Source of the DNA: a virus
Lineage: Duplodnaviria; Caudoviricetes
Reading direction: 5' to 3' (one strand)
Virus record (IMG/VR): IMGVR_UViG_3300018877_000056
Location: 1 to 56,571 of that record
Length of the DNA: 56,571 nucleotides
The notes beneath the pieces were generated by a model. That model was not told where the DNA came from and did no database searches. It worked only from the letters and a program-made list of their open reading frames with translations. Below, piece after piece: positions 18,761 through 26,879 of this stretch. Position 1 is the first letter of the stretch, and every line of letters starts with the position of its first letter. The translations under genes were made by a program, and so were the position numbers.

Positions 18761-18925
18761 TATCCAGCAGGGTCGCGGGGAACCAGCACTCGATGGAGCC
18801 GAGCCAGCCTCCTTATGCGTAATAACGTAGCCCTATGGGCATTCTCTACCGCTTCCTCACCCTGACACTCAGGGAAAACCAGACGGAATTGCAGCTATCC
18901 GAGATGCTGAGGGATCAGCTTCGGA

Positions 18926-19180
18926 TCATCGCCGCTTCAATCCATCTCGCTTAGGCATAATCTTCGTGACTTTGTAGACCTCGCCATTCTTATCGTATGT
19001 GGTCCATTCTCCAACCTGCTCGCCGTTCTCGAAGTAGCCAGAGCGCAGCTTGGTCCCATCGATCCTGAACCACTCCCAATAGCCTGTTGCAACGCCGTCA
19101 ATCGTCTGCCCCTTGGCCCAGAGGCTACCATCCTTGTGCCTCTGGATATGCTCTTTGATGCGAGTGTCTTCGGTTGTCAT
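18926..19180 (-). CDS. MORN-variant repeat protein
   Basis: GYWEWFRIDG...GEWTTYDKNG repeats. Confidence 0.7.
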   Translation of the reverse strand: MTTEDTRIKEHIQRHKDGSLWAKGQTIDGVATGYWEWFRIDGTKLRSGYFENGEQVGEWTTYDKNGEVYKVTKIMPKRDGLKRR

Positions 19181-19227
19181 GGCGGACCCTTCTGCAAAGT
19201 CCGCTCATCTTGCCAGAGCACGCCTGA

Positions 19228-19554
19228 ATGCCCAAACCCCTAGACCACAGAGCCCGCAACAGGGAATACGACCAGCGCAGAGGTTCGGCTCGGGAGCGGG
19301 GCTACAACTCACGCTGGGAGAAAGCCCGCAAGACCTACCTGATGCGCAATCCGCTCTGCGTCATGTGCAAGCGGGAAGGGCGAGTGACCCCGGCCACGGT
19401 GGTTGACCACGTCATCGCGCATAAGGGCGACACAGCGTTGTTCTGGGATACAGATAACTGGCAGGCCTTGTGCAAGCCCCACCACGATAGGGACAAACAG
19501 CGAGAGGAGCGAGGACGCTTCCAGGCTGTAGGAGAAGATGGGTGGCCTCTCTAA
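19228..19554 (+). CDS. Packaging-associated HNH endonuclease (HK97 gp74-like)
   Basis: RGYNSRWEKAR, PLCVMC, VVDHVIAHKGD, NWQALCKPHH; upstream of cos/terS. Confidence 0.9.
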   Translation: MPKPLDHRARNREYDQRRGSARERGYNSRWEKARKTYLMRNPLCVMCKREGRVTPATVVDHVIAHKGDTALFWDTDNWQALCKPHHDRDKQREERGRFQAVGEDGWPL

Positions 19555-19778
19555 TCTGCGAATGTGACGTTCCCCTGCCCAGCCGCAGCGATCCTGATGA
19601 TGTCATCAGTTGGGCGCAATGCAAGATTTCTGAAGACTAGTTTCGCCCCACTCCGCACGGACGCAGCAGCTATCCGCACCAGGTCTGCGGTGGGTCTCAC
19701 AGCCGCGTCTATGGTGAAGCCGCCCCCAGATGAGGCAATCCTCACCAACTCATCAGTCGTGCGCAGTTCGAACATCAA
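19551..19778 (-). CDS. Small repeat protein (moron)
   Basis: Three R(P/T)T.D(L/I).RIA repeats. Confidence 0.6.
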   Translation of the reverse strand: MMFELRTTDELVRIASSGGGFTIDAAVRPTADLVRIAAASVRSGAKLVFRNLALRPTDDIIRIAAAGQGNVTFAD

Positions 19779-19831
19779 AGCCCCCCATATGCGCGGTCAA
19801 GCATCATAGAGCGGGCGCGCTTGGTCAAGCC

Positions 19832-19920
19832 GGGGGGAGGTCAAAAGTCCAGAGCCTTCCCACCATGGACCGGCGCCCTCAGTCAAATGCGAAATGCCGC
19901 AAGTTTTCAGAAAAAGTTCC
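19832..19920 (+). other. Putative helper cos packaging site
   Basis: G-run GGGGGGAGGTCAAAAG...GGACCGGCGCCCTCAGTCAAATGCGAAATGCCGCAAGTTT between HNH and terS; copied in the satellite. Confidence 0.75.
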
Positions 19921-19921
19921 A

Positions 19922-20410
19922 ATGGGTAAGCGAGGGCCAAAGCCGAAGCTGGCGAGCATCCGTAAAATCGAGGGCAACCCTTCAAAGCGGCCGATTGTCG
20001 ATCTCGGGATCGAGGCCACCGGGGAGGTCTTCGCCCCCGAGCATCTGCATGATGACGCGCAGGCCTGCATTGAGATGATCCGGCGCTCGATGCCGCCGAA
20101 GACCTACGCGGCCGTAGACACATTCGCCCTCTCAGCTTTCGCCACGGCATGGGCCTGGCACAAGAGGGCCACTCACGAGATGAACGCCCCTGATTTCGAG
20201 CCTGTCGTAGACGGGAGCAAGGGGCAGAAACAACCAAACCCATGGTTTCGCATACTGAAGGCCATGTCCGAGGAAATGAGATCGTGGGGCGACCGCCTCG
20301 GGCTGGATCCAAAGGCAAGGGCCGCTCTGCAACTTCCCGAAAGCAAGCCAAGGAGCAAGTTCGACGGCCTGATCGGGCAGCCCGAGTCATTGCCTTCATC
20401 GAGGCATTGA
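19922..20410 (+). CDS. terS: Terminase small subunit (P27 family)
   Basis: MGKRGPKPK...GNPSKR, NPW, LGLDPKAR. Confidence 0.88.
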   Translation: MGKRGPKPKLASIRKIEGNPSKRPIVDLGIEATGEVFAPEHLHDDAQACIEMIRRSMPPKTYAAVDTFALSAFATAWAWHKRATHEMNAPDFEPVVDGSKGQKQPNPWFRILKAMSEEMRSWGDRLGLDPKARAALQLPESKPRSKFDGLIGQPESLPSSRH

Positions 20411-21930
20411 CGGTTCCGAGCGGCGAGGGGGCAGGCGGCCCGTTCGTCCTCCGGGAATGGCAGAAACAGTTCATCCGGGACATCTACGAGCCGCACGCTC
20501 TCACCAAGGGGCAGTATCGGCGCCAGGTTAGACGGGCCATCCTCTCGATTGCCCGTAAGAACGGCAAGACGGCTCTGATTGCGGCTCTCGTGCTGGTCCA
20601 TCTGGTCGGGCCGGAAGCCATCCAGAACGGGGAGATCTACTCCGCGGCGAACGACCGGGAGCAGGCAGGACAGGTCTACAAGGTCGCCTCGCAGATCGTG
20701 AAGGCAGACCCGGAGCTTTCAACCATGCTCCGCTGCGTTGACTCAACGAAAACGATTGCCTGCTATAGCAATGGGTCATTCTACAAAGCCATTTCAGCAG
20801 AGGCGGGCACGAAACATGGCCTCAACCCGAGTTTCGTCATCTTTGACGAGCTGGCTCAAGCGAAAGATCGCGAACTTTACGACGTTCTTGATACTTCGAT
20901 GGGTGCTCGTGCGGAGCCGCTCTTTGTAACCATCTCGACGCAGAGCAACGACCCCGAGCACATCCTGTCGAAGCTCATTGACGACGGGCTGGGGGCGAAA
21001 GACCCGACTATCGTCTGCCATCTCTACGCTGTTCCTGAGGAGCAGGAGGACATCTTCGACCCGAAGTGCTGGAAGCTGGCGAACCCGGCTCTAGGCGACT
21101 TCCGCGACTTCGATGACCTGAAGGCTATTGCCGACAAGGCACGGCGAATGCCAGCCGAGGAGCCGAAGTTCCGCAACCTCTACCTCAACCAGCGCGTGGC
21201 GCCGGTCGCATCCCTCATCTCCCGAGCCGAATGGATGGCCTGCAAGGGCGAGGTTGAATTCGAAGATGGCGAGGAAGTCTATCTCGGCTTGGACCTGTCC
21301 TCGATCAACGATCTGACGGCCCTTGTGATGGTCAGCGCGAGCGACCCGAGCCGAGTACAACCCTTTCTCTGGAAGCCGAAAGACTTCCTCAAGGAGCATT
21401 CAAACCGGGACTTTGGCCGAGGCAACCACCGCTTTGTCGAGTGGCACAAGCAGGGGTACCTTCTGGCGACCCCAGGCCGCTCGATCGACAAGGAAGTGAT
21501 CGCCCGCCACATCGCAGACCTTTGCGGCCGCTACCGCGTCCTCGGCATGGCCTATGACCGCTGGCGGATTGACGACTTGATCAAGGAATTCGACCGCATC
21601 GACTTCGCCTCTCATAAAGATGGCGAGAAGGGCGATGGGTTGCGGATCATCCCCTGGGGCCAGGGCTTCAAGGACATGACGCCGGCCATTGACGCGATGG
21701 AACTGGCGGTGATCGACCGGAAGCTGGTCCACGACAACAACCCTGTCCTCAACTGGAACATGGCGAACGCCGTCGCGGTCACGGATCCGGCAGGCGGACG
21801 CAAGATCGACAAGAATAAGGCCCGGTTCCGCATTGACGGCGCGGTGGCGCTCACGATGGCGCTTGGGCTGAAGTCTCGTGACCGCAAGGACGAGCGAAAG
21901 CCCGACTACCAGATGTTCGTGCTGGGCTGA
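20284..21930 (+). CDS. terL: Terminase large subunit
   Basis: Walker A ARKNGKT, IFDE Walker B, GLDLS and RIDGAVA nuclease motifs; start uncertain (20242 or 20284). Confidence 0.95.
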   Translation: MGRPPRAGSKGKGRSATSRKQAKEQVRRPDRAARVIAFIEALTVPSGEGAGGPFVLREWQKQFIRDIYEPHALTKGQYRRQVRRAILSIARKNGKTALIAALVLVHLVGPEAIQNGEIYSAANDREQAGQVYKVASQIVKADPELSTMLRCVDSTKTIACYSNGSFYKAISAEAGTKHGLNPSFVIFDELAQAKDRELYDVLDTSMGARAEPLFVTISTQSNDPEHILSKLIDDGLGAKDPTIVCHLYAVPEEQEDIFDPKCWKLANPALGDFRDFDDLKAIADKARRMPAEEPKFRNLYLNQRVAPVASLISRAEWMACKGEVEFEDGEEVYLGLDLSSINDLTALVMVSASDPSRVQPFLWKPKDFLKEHSNRDFGRGNHRFVEWHKQGYLLATPGRSIDKEVIARHIADLCGRYRVLGMAYDRWRIDDLIKEFDRIDFASHKDGEKGDGLRIIPWGQGFKDMTPAIDAMELAVIDRKLVHDNNPVLNWNMANAVAVTDPAGGRKIDKNKARFRIDGAVALTMALGLKSRDRKDERKPDYQMFVLG

Positions 21931-21943
21931 GAAGGATCACAGA

Positions 21944-23071
21944 ATGAACCGGATGTATTCGGTCCTCCACGTTAAGGCTGTGGAGGAGGAGCAGCGCATT
22001 ATCCGCGGCGTGGCCACGACACCCAATCCCGACCGGGTCGGGGACATCGTGGAGCCCTTGGGCGTCCAGTTCAAGAACCCGATGCCACTGCTGCACCAGC
22101 ACGACCACAATCGTCCTGTCGGCACTGTCACCTTTGACAGACCCACCAAGGACGGCATCACCTTCAAGGCGCGCCTCCCGAAGATCGAGGAACCTGGCCC
22201 ACTGCGTGACCGCGTGGAAACGGCTTGGGGCGAGATCAAGGCCGGTCTGGTCCGTGCCGTCTCCATCGGCTTCCGCGCTCTCGAATACGCCTTCCTGGAT
22301 GAAGGCGGGATCCGCTTCACCAAAAGCGAGGTCCTTGAACTCTCTCTCGTCTCCGTGCCGGCCAATGCCGACGCGGTGATCTCCACCATCAAGTCGATCG
22401 ACGCCCCCTTGCTCGCCGCGACCGGCAAAGAGCCCAAGGCGGATGATCGGCCTGTCCGCCCGGGCGCTGCCGGGAAAACCGTCAAATCCGTCAACTTGCG
22501 CCCGAAGGAGGGCACGAACATGAAGACCATTGCAGAACAGATTGCGGCGCTTGAGGCCTCTCGTCAGGCCAAGTCCGCGCGCATGGCCGAGGTCATGCAG
22601 AAGTCCATCGATGAGGGCCGTTCGACCGATCCGGCCGAGCAGGAGGAGTTCGACACCCTCGAGGGCGAGGTGGTCGCCATCGACGGCGACCTGAAGCGGC
22701 TCCGGGCCCTGGAGAAGGCCCAGGCCGCCTCTGCCAAGCCGGTTTCCGGCCAGAAGTCCGACGAAGGCACGGCTGCCCGCTCCCGCATTCAGGTCCAGCC
22801 CGTCGAGAAACTCGACAAGGGCATCGGCTTCGCCCGCCTGGCCAAGGTCAAGGCGATCGCGAAGCTGGATGGCGAGAGCGTCCGCACCGTGGCGAAGGAA
22901 CTGTATGGCGAGAACTCGTCCATCTACGGCCTGTTCGTCAAGGCCCCGGTCCCGGCCGGCACCACGCAGGACGGCAACTGGGCGGCTCCCCTCGTCGGCG
23001 AAGGCACCGATGTGATCGCCGACTTCGTGGAGTTCCTGCGGCCAAGAACAGACATGCGCCTTGCGGCGTGA
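21944..23071 (+). CDS. Prohead protease-major capsid fusion, 5' part (interrupted by satellite at 23033-23043)
   Basis: HK97 protease motifs LLHQHDH, AVSIGF, ELSLVSVPAN; coiled coil; capsid N-terminus ending DFVEFLRP. Confidence 0.92.
   Translation: MNRMYSVLHVKAVEEEQRIIRGVATTPNPDRVGDIVEPLGVQFKNPMPLLHQHDHNRPVGTVTFDRPTKDGITFKARLPKIEEPGPLRDRVETAWGEIKAGLVRAVSIGFRALEYAFLDEGGIRFTKSEVLELSLVSVPANADAVISTIKSIDAPLLAATGKEPKADDRPVRPGAAGKTVKSVNLRPKEGTNMKTIAEQIAALEASRQAKSARMAEVMQKSIDEGRSTDPAEQEEFDTLEGEVVAIDGDLKRLRALEKAQAASAKPVSGQKSDEGTAARSRIQVQPVEKLDKGIGFARLAKVKAIAKLDGESVRTVAKELYGENSSIYGLFVKAPVPAGTTQDGNWAAPLVGEGTDVIADFVEFLRPRTDMRLAA
23033..23043 (+). repeat. Satellite left att core TTCCTGCGGCC
   Basis: Identical to 33528-33538. 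Confidence 0.9.
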
Positions 23072-23096
23072 AATAAATCTAGAACATCAAAGACTT

Positions 23097-23119
23097 AGCC
23101 GCTCCCGAGCGGCTTTTTT
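23097..23119 (+). terminator. Rho-independent terminator just inside the satellite left end
   Basis: AGCCGCT-CCCG-AGCGGCT-TTTTT. Confidence 0.8.
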
Positions 23120-23153
23120 CATGTCTGCCGCTCGTTACAACGAGCACCAACAG

Positions 23154-23217
23154 AATCAATGACTTAACAAGACGGCCCAACGCAATCCGGCACGTCCACG
23201 CGACAACGACGCAACAA
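23154..23217 (+). promoter_or_regulatory. IHF site and integrase arm-type repeats of the left att arm
   Basis: AATCAATGACTTA fits WATCAANNNNTTR; ACGCGACAA-CG-ACGCAACAA echoes 33473-33492. Confidence 0.6.
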
Positions 23218-23238
23218 CAAACTGAGAAAGCATGCGAC

Positions 23239-23460
23239 ATGGAGAGATACATGGAGACCCCTCTTAACAGCACCGATCTGCTGCATGGGATGGAGGCCAT
23301 CGCGGCCTTCCTCGGCATCAAGAAAAGGCAGGCACAGCACTGGGCTGACACGACCGACATGCCGACATTCAAGATCGGCCGGACCGTGTGCGCTCGCCGG
23401 TCGAGCCTCAAGGAATGGCTTGCCAAGCGTGAACGCGGGGAGGCAGCCAATGACCGATGA
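23239..23460 (+). CDS. Satellite excisionase/AlpA-like HTH protein
   Basis: DLLHGMEAIAAFLG...MPTFKIGRTVCARRSSLKEWL. Confidence 0.8.
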   Translation: MERYMETPLNSTDLLHGMEAIAAFLGIKKRQAQHWADTTDMPTFKIGRTVCARRSSLKEWLAKRERGEAANDR

Positions 23461-23701
23461 CATCCTTGTCGCCACCATTCGCAAGAATTCCCGCGAGGAG
23501 ATCCGGGTCAGCCTGGGGGAGTATCAGGGCCATACCGTCGCGCACGCCCGTGTCTGGTTCAAGGCTGCCGATGGGACGATGCGTCCCTCTAGGTCGGGTC
23601 TCGCCTTCCGGGTGGACCTCCTGCCTGAGATTGCCCGCGCTCTGAGCGAGGCGAACGACCACGCTGAAAGTCTCGGCCTTGTCGCTCCCGCTCCCCGGTA
23701 A
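23450..23701 (+). CDS. PC4/p15-like ssDNA-binding protein
   Basis: RKNSREEIRVSLGEYQG...RVWF...PSRSGLAF. Confidence 0.75.
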   Translation: MTDDILVATIRKNSREEIRVSLGEYQGHTVAHARVWFKAADGTMRPSRSGLAFRVDLLPEIARALSEANDHAESLGLVAPAPR

Positions 23702-23724
23702 GCCAGCGGCACCGGAGGCGCGGA

Positions 23725-24243
23725 ATGAGCGCAAAGAAACGACGCAACAGCATCGGGCAACAATTCATCGCCCATCGCCGCGATATGAGAGAGGCCCCGG
23801 CCTGGAGGCACCTGCCGGACAATGCCCGGCGCATCCTCGACCGGCTGGAGCTCGAACACATGAGGCATGGCAGCGCTGAGAATGGCCGGCTGCCCTGCAC
23901 CTATGCCGACTTCGAAAAGGCAGGCATCCGGCGCAAGTCGATTGCCCTGGCCATCCGGCAGTGTGTGGGTTTGGGCTTCCTTGAAGTCACAAGACAGGGT
24001 CGCCGATCCGTGGCCGAGTTCAGAACGCCCTCTCTCTACAGGCTTACTTATGTGCACGGGACCGGCCGCAGCCAGGCCCCGACCGACGAGTGGCAGAGGA
24101 TCAGCACGGATGAGCATGCGCTTGCTGTGCTGGAGGCTCTAAAGGCTGTACCCTCCCGAGATCTAGAAAGTAGGGGCAATAGCGCCCCTAGGACTGTAGG
24201 GGCGAAAACGACCCCGGCACATGGTCTCCATAAGGGGCGATAG
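23725..24243 (+). CDS. Satellite winged-helix replication initiator (putative)
   Basis: AWRHLPDNARRIL, NGRL, LGFLEVTRQG, PSLYRLTY; iterons at its 3' end. Confidence 0.6.
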   Translation: MSAKKRRNSIGQQFIAHRRDMREAPAWRHLPDNARRILDRLELEHMRHGSAENGRLPCTYADFEKAGIRRKSIALAIRQCVGLGFLEVTRQGRRSVAEFRTPSLYRLTYVHGTGRSQAPTDEWQRISTDEHALAVLEALKAVPSRDLESRGNSAPRTVGAKTTPAHGLHKGR

Positions 24244-24272
24244 CGCCCCCGGATAAGGGGCGAAAACGCCCC
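24172..24272. repeat. Four palindromic iterons AGGGGC(G/A)AWASG(A)CCCC (putative satellite origin)
   Basis: Copies start at 24172, 24198, 24233, 24256; followed by AT-rich TTTTTAATTT. Confidence 0.75.
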
Positions 24273-24300
24273 CGGCTTTTTAATTTCAGCAGGTATCGAG

Positions 24301-24582
24301 ATGACACAGCAACGAGGCTCACGCCGCGAGGGCATCGCGCATGCCAAGCCGACGAGGCAATACGCATGGCAGATGCGAAACCCTGAGAAGCGCCGAGCCC
24401 ATCTTGCGGTTCAGCAGGCGTTGAGACGGGGCCAACTCGTGCGCCAACCATGCGCTGTTTGCGGGACCACTCAGAACGTGGATGCCCATCACGAAGATTA
24501 TCGAGCGGCGCTTGAGGTGAAATGGTTGTGCCGACGCCATCACAAGCAGAGGCACCGACAGATGAGGTGCGAGGGTGGGTGA
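24301..24582 (+). CDS. Satellite HNH-like Zn-binding protein
   Basis: CAVCG...DAHHEDY...WLCRRHH; immediately before the cos-like array. Confidence 0.7.
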   Translation: MTQQRGSRREGIAHAKPTRQYAWQMRNPEKRRAHLAVQQALRRGQLVRQPCAVCGTTQNVDAHHEDYRAALEVKWLCRRHHKQRHRQMRCEGG

Positions 24583-24850
24583 GGGGCGGTGTCTCTCTGC
24601 TCCCACTCCTGAGGTCCCGGACCGGCGCCCTCAGTCAAACGCGAAATGCCGCAAGTTTCCATAGGGGGGAGCCTCCAGGCTCAAAGACCCTTAGGCCGGA
24701 ACCGGTGATCGGCCCAAACTTCTCGTTTTTGCAGATTGATGTACTGCGACGTGAATTCTGCAACGAGGGGGGCACGGTCGAAATCTCGGCCGCCCAATCC
24801 CGGACCGGCGGTCCAAGCTTTCCTTTCCAAAACCTGTAGAAAAAAGATTT
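24583..24850 (+). repeat. Array of three cos-like units
   Basis: G-run followed 37-38 nt later by ACCGG, three times; unit 1 (24619-24658) is 39/40 identical to 19867-19906. Confidence 0.75.
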
Positions 24851-24854
24851 CAGG

Positions 24855-25220
24855 ATGGATGAAACGAACACCCTCCTGCGAGCCTTGATTGCTGAGGTGA
24901 AGGGGCTCCGAGCCGATCTGGCACGGCAGACAGGGGCAGAAGACCCAGCCTCAACCCTCGGGGATCTGGTGGAGGCTATCGCCTTCACCGTAGGGGATCG
25001 CGTGTTTACTGCTCCAGAACTCGCAAAGTTTGCAGAGGCAGCACCTCCCGAAAAGCTGCAGATCGCACTCCATGCAGCGGGCGGCACGAACCCTCGCAAA
25101 GTCGGGAAACTATTGCGCCGCATGGAAAAGCAGGAGTGCGGCGGCTGGCGTGTAGTTCAAATCGGCAGCGACCGCGACGGGCTGCTCTGGAAAGTACAGC
25201 CTGCAAGTTTGGCCCGCTGA
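24855..25220 (+). CDS. Satellite hypothetical protein
   Basis: 121-aa ORF, same strand as satellite operon. Confidence 0.55.
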   Translation: MDETNTLLRALIAEVKGLRADLARQTGAEDPASTLGDLVEAIAFTVGDRVFTAPELAKFAEAAPPEKLQIALHAAGGTNPRKVGKLLRRMEKQECGGWRVVQIGSDRDGLLWKVQPASLAR

Positions 25221-25300
25221 AACTCGCAAACTCGCACAGTCGATTGAGACGGCGAAAGTACACCCTCAATATACCCTCAGAAATCCACGACCAAAGGAAC

Positions 25301-26368
25301 ATGACCTTGGACCGTCTCGCCAGTCTTACCAGCCAATACGAGTCCCATTCGAAGGCGATGGCCTTCATTCAGTTCGCCATTACCAAGGCGATAGCACGAG
25401 ACCAGAGTGTAGACCCGCTGGAATTGTTTCAGGCGCGGTATCCGCATTCCAAGCATCTCGCCGCGATCCAGAAGGCCGCTGTCTCAGCCGGATCGACGGA
25501 CAACTGGGGCGCTCCTCTTGTCCCCCTGCCGGGCTATGCCTCAGAGTTCTTGGAGCTGGTAAGGCCTGCGAGTGTCGTAGGCCGGATGCGCGGTTTCCGC
25601 CGCGTCCCATTCCGGGTGAAGTTCACCAGGCAGACCTCCGGAGCGACGGCGGGCTGGGTTGGCGAGTTCAAGCCCATCCCGGTCGGCAAGCTCGATATGA
25701 GCACGGAGACTTTCGAGCATTCGAAGGTTGCTGGCATCATCGTCATTTCCAAGGAATTGGCCCGCTCCGCCGATCCGGCTGCCGAGCCCCTGATCCAGCG
25801 GGATATCGTGGCGGCCGTCGCCAAGTTCACGGACGAGCAATTCCTTGACCCTGCGGTGGCAGAGACGGGCGTACACCCGGCCTCCGTCACCCACGGTGCA
25901 ACGGAGGTGGTATCCAGCGGCAACGGCGCCGATGCAATTGCCGCCGATCTTAAGGCACTTGTGGCTGCTGTTGTCGGATCAGGTGCGCTGCTCACCGCAC
26001 CGTATTTCGTCATGAAGCCCTCGACGGCTCTTCACCTTGCGACCCTTGAGGGGACGAACGGTAAGGTTTTCCCGAACGTCAATGTCATGGGCGGTGACAT
26101 CTGGGGCATTCCGGTCCTCGTCTCTGGTAATGCGGGCGATCAGATCACGCTAGTTGACGCAGCCGAGCTGATGCTTGCCGACGGCGATGTTCAGTTGGAC
26201 ACGGCCGAGGAAGCAGCCCTCCAAATGGACGATGCGCCAGCCGATGGCGCGGTTCAGTTGGTCAGTCTGTTCCAGACCAACAGCATTGCCATCCGGGCCA
26301 TCCGCACAATCCGGTGGCGCATGCGCAACCCCGGCGCCGTCGCCTACCTCTCTGGCGTGACCTACTGA
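25301..26368 (+). CDS. Satellite HK97-fold major capsid protein
   Basis: Homologous to helper capsid (VPF, WVGE.KP.P, KVA.I.V, SLFQTNS.A.R); AAAGGA RBS before 25301. Confidence 0.92.
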   Translation: MTLDRLASLTSQYESHSKAMAFIQFAITKAIARDQSVDPLELFQARYPHSKHLAAIQKAAVSAGSTDNWGAPLVPLPGYASEFLELVRPASVVGRMRGFRRVPFRVKFTRQTSGATAGWVGEFKPIPVGKLDMSTETFEHSKVAGIIVISKELARSADPAAEPLIQRDIVAAVAKFTDEQFLDPAVAETGVHPASVTHGATEVVSSGNGADAIAADLKALVAAVVGSGALLTAPYFVMKPSTALHLATLEGTNGKVFPNVNVMGGDIWGIPVLVSGNAGDQITLVDAAELMLADGDVQLDTAEEAALQMDDAPADGAVQLVSLFQTNSIAIRAIRTIRWRMRNPGAVAYLSGVTY

Positions 26369-26378
26369 GGGCCCCGCC

Positions 26379-26591
26379 ATGGATGACGAGGCCTGGAACA
26401 AGAAGCTCGTTGAAGCCGCCGATGGCGCGATGGACGGTGGCGGCAAGAGCCTGGGCGAACGCTTCGGCGCGATGCTTGCCGCATGCGTCAGAACCGTTCG
26501 GGACGAGATGCGGGAGAAGCACCGCAAGACAGACGAGCGCCTCACCGCCATCGAGGAGCATCTGACAGCCATACGAGAGGGCAGGGAATGA
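26379..26591 (+). CDS. Small coiled-coil protein
   Basis: GAGG RBS; follows capsid gene. Confidence 0.55.
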   Translation: MDDEAWNKKLVEAADGAMDGGGKSLGERFGAMLAACVRTVRDEMREKHRKTDERLTAIEEHLTAIREGRE

Positions 26592-26815
26592 CCACGTTCA
26601 AGATCAAGTCCTTTGCTGACCTCGAGGCCTGCTTCGATGAGATCGCAGAAGGGAAGCTGCAGGACACGGCACGACTCCTCTCCCGCAAGGGCGCGACTGA
26701 TGAGGAGATCGAGGCCGAGCTAGCCCATCAGCGAGCGGCGATGGCAGCATCCAGGGCTCAGTTCATGGAACAGGCCAAGGGCTTTATCCAGCGCGGTGGA
26801 GAGAGCCTCCAGTGA
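26588..26815 (+). CDS. Hypothetical protein
   Basis: ATGA overlap; MTTFKIKSF... Confidence 0.5.
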   Translation: MTTFKIKSFADLEACFDEIAEGKLQDTARLLSRKGATDEEIEAELAHQRAAMAASRAQFMEQAKGFIQRGGESLQ

Positions 26816-26879
26816 GATTGCTGTGCCCTCCCTTCGCAGCAAGCGGTCGGCTCCTGAAGCGCCAGGGCCGACCGCACCC

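Noticed and set aside
24172-24272. Short repeats as a mini-CRISPR array
   Set aside because: Repeats are about 17 bp with irregular 6-17 bp gaps, overlap a CDS and have no cas genes; they fit iterons better
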